Source of the DNA: Candidatus Bathyarchaeia archaeon
GTDB lineage: Archaea; Thermoproteota; Bathyarchaeia; 40CM-2-53-6
Length of the DNA: 64,000 nt
Reading direction: 5' to 3'
Assembly: GCA_049517415.1 (NCBI GenBank)
Contig: JBEKSC010000001.1
Coordinates: 96,001-160,000 of the forward strand
Below, piece after piece: positions 35,332 through 44,387 of the stretch. Each line of letters opens with the position of its first letter. Within the stretch, counting starts at the first letter, position 1. Both the position numbers and the translations under genes were made by a program. The notes below the pieces were generated by a model. That model was not told the origin of the DNA, did not search any database, and worked only from the letters and a program-made list of their open reading frames with translations.

Positions 35332-36399
35332 TTAGGACTTGAAAATTCGCTGAATGATGACGCGGAGTGGATCTTCCATACTTCGCACTAACTTAGCTGA
35401 CTTCTTCTGGTAGAATTCACGGAAGTCATCGCTCTTTGATATCGCAAAGGCCCTTTGAGCGATTCGACCCGGGTCCAGGACCCTTTCAACCAAACCGTAT
35501 TTTATGAGAAACCTCTCTACGAAAGTTGGTTCGCCGGGGTAATACGAGATCACCGGAACTCCGAGCAGGGCGGCCTCTGCGGTCATGGTCCCACCACCTC
35601 CGACGAACACAGATGAGGCACGTACGAGAGGTATAGCGTCGATAACATGTTCAGGAACAATTACGCGGTCTCCGAAACGTTTCTTAAGCCTGTCACGTTG
35701 CACGTCGTACCTCGGCAAGATCACAATCTGCATGCCGTCACCGTTGATTTCCAAGACTTTCCCGATAACATCCGTCACCTTACTCGACAAAGTTGGTGAC
35801 CTTTCAGTGAGATATGCTGCGAACTCTTCAGGGGTTCTAACCACAAGGATAGGCTTGTTCGGATCTAACTTTAGACCGTCGAACGCCTCCTTGTTACTTT
35901 TGTAGCTACTCAACCATACTATCGGATCTAGAGCCTTGTACCTGACAACATCCCTCGGAGCTGCACCGTACCGCGACCAAGCGTATATTGGAATCACCCA
36001 GGGCGTGAACAGTTTTTGTGAGAGAGGTATTGTCAGCCTGCAGACTGCGTCAGCATGAGGCGAATCACTGACGCAAAAGTGAGGAACCTTTAGGCCGAAT
36101 GCGACTCTGGCTGCCTCGGGCGATGAAAATGAAATTGCGACATCTGGTTTTTGGTTTTCTATGACTTCAGTTAGATCTGAAACCCGTCTGGAACTTTCGA
36201 GTAGTTTGTCCTTGAGCTCTCCGCCGCCATGGCGCCCGACTTGAATGGCTTTAGTCCCTTTGAGGTCCAGCAGTTCATTTACTTCTCGGTATTGTCGTGT
36301 AGTCAAGACGGTCTTGAAACCTTTGGCAATAAGACGGTGTTGGAGTTCGCCTAGGAAATTGGCTTGCTTTGGCGTAAGTACGTCTAACCAAACCTTCAT
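35332..36399 (-). CDS. DUF354 GT-B fold protein
   Basis: KVWLDVLTPKQ, GRHGG, SPEAARVAFGL, GGGTMTAEAALLGVP. Confidence 0.9.
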   Translation of the reverse strand: MKVWLDVLTPKQANFLGELQHRLIAKGFKTVLTTRQYREVNELLDLKGTKAIQVGRHGGGELKDKLLESSRRVSDLTEVIENQKPDVAISFSSPEAARVAFGLKVPHFCVSDSPHADAVCRLTIPLSQKLFTPWVIPIYAWSRYGAAPRDVVRYKALDPIVWLSSYKSNKEAFDGLKLDPNKPILVVRTPEEFAAYLTERSPTLSSKVTDVIGKVLEINGDGMQIVILPRYDVQRDRLKKRFGDRVIVPEHVIDAIPLVRASSVFVGGGGTMTAEAALLGVPVISYYPGEPTFVERFLIKYGLVERVLDPGRIAQRAFAISKSDDFREFYQKKSAKLVRSMEDPLRVIIQRIFKS

Positions 36400-37229
36400 T
36401 TAACTATCAGCCTCGCCGTTGGCGATTTCTTGGAATTGCTCCATCGGTATAGAAACGATTCGCGAAAAATTCTGATCAAACCAGGGTTCTTTGTGTGATT
36501 TGGAGTATACACAATTGGATTCCAATGTCGCTCCGCTTCTTCAGCTGCCCATATCACGAAGATCAGATCTTTATTATCTACTAGGGTTCCGCGAACGGGA
36601 TGCCATGGGTCAGGCGTTTCTCTGATTTGTGCCCCCATATCTCTCAGATCATCGAGATGCCGTTTAACCTGGCTGTCGGCGAACTGCATCAAGATCTTAA
36701 CACTCACACCTCTCGCCAAAGAGTTCCTGAGTTGAGGTTTCAGCTTGGGAAGCCAAGAGAACAACGCAGTGGATATCAAGACCTCATTAGAGGCTTCTTG
36801 AACATACTCGCTGGTTCTCTTTTCCATCACTCTTAGATCTTCCAAAGACTCAAGCAGTTCCTCGGCCTTCACTTGGAGATGGCTTTCCACATAGATCGGC
36901 TCCACCTGTCTTTGCAGATCTCCCATAGTTTCCTCCATCGTGAGTAGGTTTCTTTCAAAATTCCTACGCGCATGCGTTAGGTATTCGCGCTTGGCTTCCT
37001 CGGGGGAAATGGCACGAAACTTTTTCGGCCTGCTCTCCACTATTCTCGCGAAGCCCTTCTGCATCAGTTGCTCAAGGGTTCCATAAACCCGCGTTATCGG
37101 TACGGAAGTCATTTTGGAGATTTCTTCCGCTGTTAATTCTCGGCTTTTCAAAAGCGCAAGATACGCCTCCGATTCATAGGAGGTTAAGCCGATGCTTCGC
37201 AAAGATTCCGTGATGCGTGAAGCGGGCAT
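36396..37229 (-). CDS. TrmB-family transcriptional regulator (paralogue 2)
   Basis: IGLTSYESEAYLALL...VPITRVYGTLEQL...RPKKF. Confidence 0.9.
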   Translation of the reverse strand: MPASRITESLRSIGLTSYESEAYLALLKSRELTAEEISKMTSVPITRVYGTLEQLMQKGFARIVESRPKKFRAISPEEAKREYLTHARRNFERNLLTMEETMGDLQRQVEPIYVESHLQVKAEELLESLEDLRVMEKRTSEYVQEASNEVLISTALFSWLPKLKPQLRNSLARGVSVKILMQFADSQVKRHLDDLRDMGAQIRETPDPWHPVRGTLVDNKDLIFVIWAAEEAERHWNPIVYTPNHTKNPGLIRIFRESFLYRWSNSKKSPTARLIVK

Positions 37230-37231
37230 GA

Positions 37232-37250
37232 TTAACTCGTGTAGAGTTAA
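37232..37250. promoter_or_regulatory. Inverted repeat TTAACTC-N5-GAGTTAA in the trmB/wecC-like divergent promoter
   Basis: Perfect 7-bp arms directly before the trmB start. Confidence 0.45.
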
Positions 37251-37296
37251 AAACAGTTAAATATTTCTATGGCTGCCCCTACGCAAGGTCCGGTCA

Positions 37297-38700
37297 ATGT
37301 CTTCACCCACACCATCGCCTCAGACACTCATGTCCCTTGAGCCCGGTGAAATTGCTGTCAGAATTCGTGCTGGCGCACTAACCATTGGGGTAGTCGGGCT
37401 AGGTTGGATGGGATTACCGACAGCATGCCTCTACGCCGACGCAGGTGCCCGGGTTATCGGTGCGGATATGAATCCTAAGGTTGTCGAACGAGTGGGTAAA
37501 GGAGACCCACCAATCGATGAGACAGGCCTCCCCGCCATGCTGAAGAAAGCGACGAGGTCTGGCAAACTTACGGCGACTACGAGCACAGAAGAAGCCGCTG
37601 CCGACTCGGATGTTTTATTCATCGTCGTTCCAACAATGATCGATAGACAGAAACGAGCAGATTACTCTGCCGTCGAAGACGTCTGCGTGAGCATTGGGAA
37701 GGGGTTGAGGAACGGTAGCCTAGTGATATTCATGAGCACTTGTGGGCCAGGTGTAACCGAACGTGTAGTAAAGGCGACAATTGAGAAATACTCAGGACTC
37801 ATCGCAGGCCAAGGATTCGGTCTCGCCTACAGTCCGATTCGTGCCATGGGCGGAAGAGCGCTCCAAGACATGCAGAGCTATAGCAAAATTGTTGGAGCCG
37901 TTGATAAGAAAAGCCTTGAAGCAGCTTGCGCCGCAATCTCAGTAATAGTGAAAGGGGAACTGATCCGCGTCCGAGATATTCGGACTGCAGAATTATCAAA
38001 GCTCTTTGAGACGATTTACAGAGACGTTAACATTGCACTCGCCAACGAGTTCGCACTTCTCTGCGAGGAGGTGGGTGTGGACTACTTGGAGACTATGAGG
38101 ACCGCCAACAGTCAACCATTTTCTCATCTCCATTCAACGGGCGTTGGCGTGGGAGGTCACTGCTTACCAGTCTACCCATACCTACTGGCGAGCGAAACTT
38201 ACGCGCTCGACGCTCGACTCAGGTTAGTCCTAGAGGGGCGGAAAATAAACGACCTCATGCCCCGCCACGTCACAAAGCTTGCTTCCGATGGCATGCGGGT
38301 TTCAGGCAAATCACTCAAAAGAGCAAAGGTGGTTGTCCTCGGAATCAGTTACCGACCCAACGTCAAAGAGACACGCTATTCCCCATCTCTCGACCTCATA
38401 GCAATCCTAAGGAAACGTGGGGCACGAGTCACAGCCTTCGATCCTCTCTTCAACGCATCCGACATGGAGTCGCTCGGACTCACGTCTGAACAAACCCTGC
38501 GCAAGGCCGTTGAGAAAGCGGACTGCGTGATATTAACGGTCGCACACGACGATTTCAAGAATATGGATACCGTTGAGCTTGCCGCGCACATGTTGAAGAA
38601 GGGGCTGATCATCGATTGCACAGGGATCCTTGACCCCACAAGTGTGGAAAAGAGCGGGCTCGTCTACAGAGGTGTCGGGAGGGGTCTGTGGACACGTTGA
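37297..38700 (+). CDS. UDP-N-acetylhexosamine 6-dehydrogenase (WecC/WbpA family)
   Basis: GLGWMG, VPT, ST, RDVNIALANE, GGHCLP. Confidence 0.9.
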   Translation: MSSPTPSPQTLMSLEPGEIAVRIRAGALTIGVVGLGWMGLPTACLYADAGARVIGADMNPKVVERVGKGDPPIDETGLPAMLKKATRSGKLTATTSTEEAAADSDVLFIVVPTMIDRQKRADYSAVEDVCVSIGKGLRNGSLVIFMSTCGPGVTERVVKATIEKYSGLIAGQGFGLAYSPIRAMGGRALQDMQSYSKIVGAVDKKSLEAACAAISVIVKGELIRVRDIRTAELSKLFETIYRDVNIALANEFALLCEEVGVDYLETMRTANSQPFSHLHSTGVGVGGHCLPVYPYLLASETYALDARLRLVLEGRKINDLMPRHVTKLASDGMRVSGKSLKRAKVVVLGISYRPNVKETRYSPSLDLIAILRKRGARVTAFDPLFNASDMESLGLTSEQTLRKAVEKADCVILTVAHDDFKNMDTVELAAHMLKKGLIIDCTGILDPTSVEKSGLVYRGVGRGLWTR

Positions 38701-39656
38701 AGAAGCTTAGGACAGCAGTTATCGGGACAGGTTTCTGGGGAAAAAACCAAGCGCGCGTGCTATCGCAGTTGGATGTTGCGGAACTAGTGTGCGTCTGCGA
38801 CATCAACGAAGTCAGCGCAAAGGTTGTAGGAGCAGAATTCCAAGTACCTTACTCCACGCGTCTCGACGAGGTACTCTCACGCAAAGACCTAGACGCCGTA
38901 ACGATTTGCACCCCGACCACAACCCACAAGCAAGTCGCAACACAGGCTTTGTTGGCGGGTAAGCATGCCCTCGTTGAGAAACCGATGACAAATACGGTTG
39001 CGGAAGCTCGTGAACTACTCTCCCTTGCAAAACGAGAGGGCCGCAGGTTGATGCCCGGTCACATTGAACGGTTCAACCCCGCAGTTGACTACCTGAAAAC
39101 CTTGCTTGATGATGGAAAACTCGGGACGGTTACGCTCCTTCTCGCGAGGCGGGTGGGAAGGTGGCCGGAGAGGATTGGTGATGTCGGTGTTGTGAGGGAC
39201 ACGGCCATCCATGATATCGACTTGGCTAGATATGTATTCAATGATAATGTCAGCTCAGTTCACGCGAGAACAGGCAGCATTAAACACACGAAGGAAGATT
39301 ACGCCGAGATTATGCTCCAATTTCAAAACGGAGGGACAGCCTTCATTGATGCAAACTGGTTAACACCCAGAAAAGCACGCACACTGATCGTAACTGGAAG
39401 CGAAGCCACCGTGCAGCTTGATTACATTACACAGGAAGTCCTCGTCGAAAATTCTAACACATCTTTCAAACCGAATTTGGAAAGAAAAGAGCCTCTACGA
39501 GCTGAACTCGCACATTTTTGCACCTCTGTGCTCAATGATCAACCATTTCGTGCAAACGCCGAGGACGGATTACGTGCCGTCGAAATCTGTGAAGTTGTTC
39601 TTCAATCCGGTACCTTGGGGCGGACGGTCACGCTAACCGTTCCCTCCCCGAGTTAA
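38688..39656 (+). CDS. Gfo/Idh/MocA oxidoreductase (UDP-GlcNAc(A) 3-dehydrogenase-like)
   Basis: GTGFWG, EKP, GHIERFNPA, DVGVVRDTAIHDID. Confidence 0.88.
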   Translation: MDTLKKLRTAVIGTGFWGKNQARVLSQLDVAELVCVCDINEVSAKVVGAEFQVPYSTRLDEVLSRKDLDAVTICTPTTTHKQVATQALLAGKHALVEKPMTNTVAEARELLSLAKREGRRLMPGHIERFNPAVDYLKTLLDDGKLGTVTLLLARRVGRWPERIGDVGVVRDTAIHDIDLARYVFNDNVSSVHARTGSIKHTKEDYAEIMLQFQNGGTAFIDANWLTPRKARTLIVTGSEATVQLDYITQEVLVENSNTSFKPNLERKEPLRAELAHFCTSVLNDQPFRANAEDGLRAVEICEVVLQSGTLGRTVTLTVPSPS

Positions 39657-40013
39657 CTGATGTTGAGAGACGAAATCACGAATGAAATTTGTAGCGAATA
39701 AGTCAGCTCGCTTCTCCACTTGTCCCCTTCTCATGATCTGCGAAGCCCTGAGATGGTGGTAGAACTCGTGCAAGATCACGAAGGGGTTTGTTATGTATTC
39801 ACTCTTCGACAAGTAGATCCGCCTCTCTTTCTCCAAGTAGCAAGCCAAAACCCTTCTGTGCCGCTTTACTGTGCCAACCTTCAGAGCTGGCTCGCTAACT
39901 GTGTAGTATTTTGAGAGGAGCTTCAGGGCAAGCTCGGCCCGTCCGTCGATTATGAGACCGACCACTCTCGCGCGAAACAGCTGCTCCGAACCATCAGGGG
40001 CCTGTGGATTCAT
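39633..40013 (-). CDS. Small HExxH metalloprotease-like protein
   Basis: ILHEFYHHL followed by E..AD.FA. Confidence 0.7.
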   Translation of the reverse strand: MNPQAPDGSEQLFRARVVGLIIDGRAELALKLLSKYYTVSEPALKVGTVKRHRRVLACYLEKERRIYLSKSEYITNPFVILHEFYHHLRASQIMRRGQVEKRADLFATNFIRDFVSQHQLTRGGNG

Positions 40014-40179
40014 TGGGCAACAGGCTGAGGAGACTCGAACGTGGTATATTTTTCTTGGGAGCGATTGGTTGCTCGACTGTTTTGACGGGTAACGTTGAAG
40101 GCGTTGCGGGTGCTCCGCACGATGGACAGAATCTCAGATTAGCTGTGGATTGGCTTCCACAGTTCGTGTAGAAAGCCAA
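39994..40179 (-). pseudogene. Truncated zinc-ribbon protein
   Basis: MAFYTNCG...FCPSCGA with the first Cys replaced; the ORF ends where a TM segment would usually begin. Confidence 0.45.
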
Positions 40180-40427
40180 GTCTTACCGAGTATTACATGT
40201 CTATCAATGTGCACCTAAGATTTCGGCCCCTGCGTATCACTCTCTACTAGGAGCTCTTGTTACGGTATGTGTTCGTCTATATTTTGAGAGAAAGGAATCC
40301 TTCAGATGCGTCCTGACTTTGGCAGCGGCCACTAGCGATATTGTAATTTAATTGCCCCGCGTTTCCAGAAGTTCGTAGATCGTCACATAGGAAGCCGTTT
40401 AGAGAAGCATGCAGGTATAGTTGTCAC

Positions 40428-41063
40428 ATGTCTCAGAATTTCGATGGGCGACGACCTCGTCCTAGGATTGAAGGACTCGCTGACCTAGTTTTCGGGCTTT
40501 CGCTCTCGCTAGGCTCTCTATCTCTAGTCATCAGTCTACCCAACAGCGTCTCCGAACTTGACAACCACATACTTGCGTTTGTTTTCACATTCTTCTTCTT
40601 GATCACAGTGTGGATTAGCTACACTGGTTCTATGTCCGTTCTGCCTGCGGAGACGACGCTGGTCCTCGGCCTCAACATCATACTGTTACTGTTAGTTGCG
40701 ATTGTACCGTTCCTGTTGAATGTAGTAGCACTCGGAAATCCCTCGCTCACCGCCGCAGAAAACATTTTGATTCGTAACCATGCTTCGACGCTATTCGCAA
40801 TAGACCTTTCTGGACTATGGCTGATACTTGCACTCTTCTACCATATTCTAGGACAAGAGAAAGCGAAGTTGGTTGCACAAGACCTGCTAAGAGTATACAG
40901 GAATAGAAGAAACATGATGTTCATCTTAGTGGGCATCATGCTCTTGTCCACCGCACCTATCTTCTTAGCCTACACGATTCTGGGCTACCCAGCGAAGTTC
41001 TACATATGGTACGTACCGATCATAATTTTTTGGGCGAGAAGATTAACCAACTTTCGTTGGTAG
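40428..41063 (+). CDS. TMEM175 (DUF1211) potassium channel family protein
   Basis: RIEGLADLVFGLSL (RxxxFSD-like), W and LN..LL...PF motifs, ~6 TM segments. Confidence 0.8.
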   Translation: MSQNFDGRRPRPRIEGLADLVFGLSLSLGSLSLVISLPNSVSELDNHILAFVFTFFFLITVWISYTGSMSVLPAETTLVLGLNIILLLLVAIVPFLLNVVALGNPSLTAAENILIRNHASTLFAIDLSGLWLILALFYHILGQEKAKLVAQDLLRVYRNRRNMMFILVGIMLLSTAPIFLAYTILGYPAKFYIWYVPIIIFWARRLTNFRW

Positions 41064-41312
41064 ACTAGCAGTGAAACGAAGACTAGAGGGGGCGTGGAAA
41101 CAACTCTGGAACGTCAATTCGTGGGTGTATGCTGGGGCGTAGAAAGGGCGAGCGTAAGCGAGGAGCTGGGTCAGTTGGCGCGGGCAACTGAATTTGAACC
41201 GTCAATAAAAATGAAACTTTGGTGGCTAGACCTACTATGATATTTAATTAGAATGGGAGACCAAAATGGTATATTTCAGTTGAAACGTGAGTAAAATACG
41301 GATGATTCTGCG

Positions 41313-41591
41313 TTGAAGCGGAAATTGATGGATATACTCGCCTGCCCAATAGACAAATCCTATCCGCTTGACCTGCTCGTCTTCGAGGAAAAAGAAGAAA
41401 TCAGTTCAGGAATAATCACATGCCCAAAATGCAACCGATACTACCCGATAATTGACGAGATTCCGCACATGCTTCCCGACGAGCTGAGAGAGCGAGATGA
41501 AGATCTGAAATTCCTTGAGAAATGGCGAAGCAAGATTCCCGAAAAAGTTCTCACCGAAGGAAAACCTTTCAGCCTTAAACCACCCGGATAA
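41313..41591 (+). CDS. Trm112 family methyltransferase activator
   Basis: LMDILACP...CPKCNRYYPIIDEIPHMLP. Confidence 0.92.
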   Translation: MKRKLMDILACPIDKSYPLDLLVFEEKEEISSGIITCPKCNRYYPIIDEIPHMLPDELRERDEDLKFLEKWRSKIPEKVLTEGKPFSLKPPG

Positions 41592-41621
41592 AACCTTTAG
41601 AGAGCAAAATGAATGTGAAAG

Positions 41622-42011
41622 GTGGGAAGTGCGTTGAAGCAACTCGTTCGAACACCTAATGGCCCCCAACCCTTGGGGCCATACTCTCAGGGTGTCATAG
41701 CAGGTAATCTTCTGTTCGTGGCAGGCCAAGGAGCAACCGAGCCTAAAACTGGACAGATGGCTGAGGGAATAGAGGCCCAAACTCGTCAGACATTAGCGAA
41801 CATCAAAGGCATCGTCGAAGCCTCAGGCTTTTCAATGCGCGACGTGGTAAAGATATCAATCTTTCTCAAGAACATGGATGATTTCAAGAGGGTGAACGAA
41901 GTCTACAAGACGTTCTTTGCCGAGGCCCCCCCAGCAAGAACTACCGTCGAGGCTAAACTACCTGTACAAGGCATGCTCATTGAGATTGATGCCATTGCAT
42001 ATAGGGAATGA
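41622..42011 (+). CDS. RidA/YjgF family deaminase
   Basis: GPYSQG, PPARTTV, IEIDAIA. Confidence 0.94.
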   Translation: MGSALKQLVRTPNGPQPLGPYSQGVIAGNLLFVAGQGATEPKTGQMAEGIEAQTRQTLANIKGIVEASGFSMRDVVKISIFLKNMDDFKRVNEVYKTFFAEAPPARTTVEAKLPVQGMLIEIDAIAYRE

Positions 42012-42069
42012 TTTCGTGAAATAGGTTTATCGAGCAGGACACTGCAAAAGCAAAACGGTGCCGTCAGTA

Positions 42070-43053
42070 ATGGCGCTCTTTCTGACCAGAAAAGACGTTG
42101 AAGCATGCCTCACCATGGATGACACACTGGATGCTGTTGAAAGAGCATTCAAGGAACATGGGGAAGGAACTACAAACATGCCAGTCAGGTCGGGCATCAG
42201 GCTTGAGAAGGCTAAGGGAACAACTCTCTTCATGCCCGCCTACATGGAGACAATGGGCGCAATTGGGATCAAAGTGGTGTCCGTGTATCCCGACAACCCC
42301 TCAAGATACGCCCTGCCAACAACCCTAGGCGTAGTGCTCCTTACAGATCCGAAGAATGGTGAGTTACTTGCAATAATGGATGGAACTTTTCTGACGGCTA
42401 TGCGAACGGGTGCCGCGGGAGGGGTGGCCGCCAAATACTTAGCTAGAAAAGACGCAAAGAAAGTTGGAATACTAGGCGCGGGGGTCCAAGGAAGGACCCA
42501 GATCATTGCGGCCTCCAAGGTCAGGAGAGTGGAGAAAGTAAAGGCTTACGACGTCGCCCGCGATAGGTGTGAACTCTTCTGCAAACAGCTCTCGAAGGAA
42601 CTTAACATTCAAATCGAACCGGTTGATAGCGCCGAGAAGGCTGTAAGGGGATCTGACATAGTCATTACAACCAGCACTTCAAAAATGCCGATTTTGAACG
42701 GCGACTGGCTAGATGAGGGAACCCATGTGAACGCGATCGGCTCTCATACGCCGGATACCCGAGAACTCGACGCCGCATCCATAAAACGAGCGAAATTGGT
42801 CGTTGATTCTAGGGAAGCCGCATTGAAAGAAGCTGGAGACATAATGATCCCACTTTCACAGGGCCTTATCACCCCTGATCAAATCCATGCTGAACTCGGG
42901 GAAATTGTAACGAACAAGAAAGTGGGCAGAATAAGTGATAATGAAATAACTATTTTCAAATCCTTAGGGCTCGCAATCCAGGACGTCTCAACAGCTAACA
43001 AGGTATACGAGCTTGCGTTGAAACGTGGCGTGGGAACACGAATGGCAATCTAA
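42070..43053 (+). CDS. Ornithine cyclodeaminase/mu-crystallin family (archaeal alanine dehydrogenase-like)
   Basis: MPAY, KVVSVYPDNP, LTAMRTGA, GAGVQ, FKSLGLAIQD. Confidence 0.88.
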   Translation: MALFLTRKDVEACLTMDDTLDAVERAFKEHGEGTTNMPVRSGIRLEKAKGTTLFMPAYMETMGAIGIKVVSVYPDNPSRYALPTTLGVVLLTDPKNGELLAIMDGTFLTAMRTGAAGGVAAKYLARKDAKKVGILGAGVQGRTQIIAASKVRRVEKVKAYDVARDRCELFCKQLSKELNIQIEPVDSAEKAVRGSDIVITTSTSKMPILNGDWLDEGTHVNAIGSHTPDTRELDAASIKRAKLVVDSREAALKEAGDIMIPLSQGLITPDQIHAELGEIVTNKKVGRISDNEITIFKSLGLAIQDVSTANKVYELALKRGVGTRMAI

Positions 43054-43130
43054 ATGGCTGAACATCCCACGGTTACCGCAATGGCTTATTTCTCTAGGGC
43101 ACCTAGATATGATGCAGGAAAATCGAAACC

Positions 43131-44387
43131 TTGCCCAAGCTAACTTTCATCGACTGTCAAACTGCAGGCATATCGGGAGACATGCTGTTAGCCGCTTTGA
43201 TCGATGCCGGGGCACATATCGGCAGAATCCAAGAAATCCTAGAACTAATCCCGAAACACTATCCCAGATGCAAGTCACTTGATCTTACGACTAAAGAGGT
43301 CAAGAAACATGGGTTTCGATCTTGCTCAGTGGATTTCACAATCTCCGAGAAGGATGAAGAAACCCCAGCCCAAGAACTCATTCAAGCAACTGATGAAATA
43401 GCAGATGCATCAAACCTGAGCGAAAGAGCGAAGTCTTTCGCGCGGACTACGATCCGAACCCTAACGGAAGCTGAGAGTAAACTGCATGGTGTTCAAATTT
43501 CGGAGGTACATCTCCATGAGGCTGGTTCGACAGACACTTTGGCGGACATTTTCGGGGTAGCAACTGCCTGCGACTCCCTAGGAGTTTTTGATGGCGAAAT
43601 ATGTTCAACTGTGGTGGCTGTTGGAGGCGGCCCCATTGCTTTTTCACATGGAACCGTCGCAAGCCCGGCGCCTGCCGTTCTGGAGATAGCTACCCGAGGT
43701 GGAATCCCAATAATCGGCGGCCCTGAAACTGGGGAACTTGCAACTCCCACGGGTGTTTCTATGCTTTCCGCCTTGACAAAGAAATTTCTCGAATTGTATC
43801 CGCCAATGGTCCCCGATAACGTGGGGTATGGTGCTGGCAAGAATGAGCTGGCAAAGACGCCAAATTTACTCAGGGTCGTTATTGGACACGATGTGTCGGG
43901 AGGGTTCGGGTCTGAAACGGTTCTAATTCTTGAGACGAACCTTGACGACGTACCGGGTGAGACAGTGGGTCACGCCTTACAACGGATTCTTGAGTCCGGT
44001 GCAATGGATGCCTGGATTACCCCAGCACTGTTCAAGAAGACACGTCCAGGTCAAGTTCTACATGCGATTTGCGAGCCACGTGATGGCCAAAAGATCGCCG
44101 AGATTATGATTCAAGAAACGGGAACGCTTGGCGTTAGGTTTCAACAATGGAATCGCATCACTTTGCAAAGAGAAATTACAAAACTCAAACTACACCTGGC
44201 GGGCAAAATCTTTGACGTGAGAATGAAAGTCGCTAAGGACGGGTTCGGCAAAGTTGTGAGAGTCAAACCGGAATTCGAAGATATCCGTGCGATAGCTCAG
44301 GTGCTATCCATGCCCGCCCGAGAGGTAATAGATATGGTGATGCGAGAAGCGATGCAATCGGAAGCACGTAGAAAAGGTGGCGTTTAG
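43131..44387 (+). CDS. larC: Nickel-pincer cofactor Ni-insertion protein LarC
   Basis: GISGDM, HLHEAG..D, HG..PAPA, TPTG, ETNLDD, ETGTLGVR, KPEFED. Confidence 0.92.
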   Translation: MPKLTFIDCQTAGISGDMLLAALIDAGAHIGRIQEILELIPKHYPRCKSLDLTTKEVKKHGFRSCSVDFTISEKDEETPAQELIQATDEIADASNLSERAKSFARTTIRTLTEAESKLHGVQISEVHLHEAGSTDTLADIFGVATACDSLGVFDGEICSTVVAVGGGPIAFSHGTVASPAPAVLEIATRGGIPIIGGPETGELATPTGVSMLSALTKKFLELYPPMVPDNVGYGAGKNELAKTPNLLRVVIGHDVSGGFGSETVLILETNLDDVPGETVGHALQRILESGAMDAWITPALFKKTRPGQVLHAICEPRDGQKIAEIMIQETGTLGVRFQQWNRITLQREITKLKLHLAGKIFDVRMKVAKDGFGKVVRVKPEFEDIRAIAQVLSMPAREVIDMVMREAMQSEARRKGGV

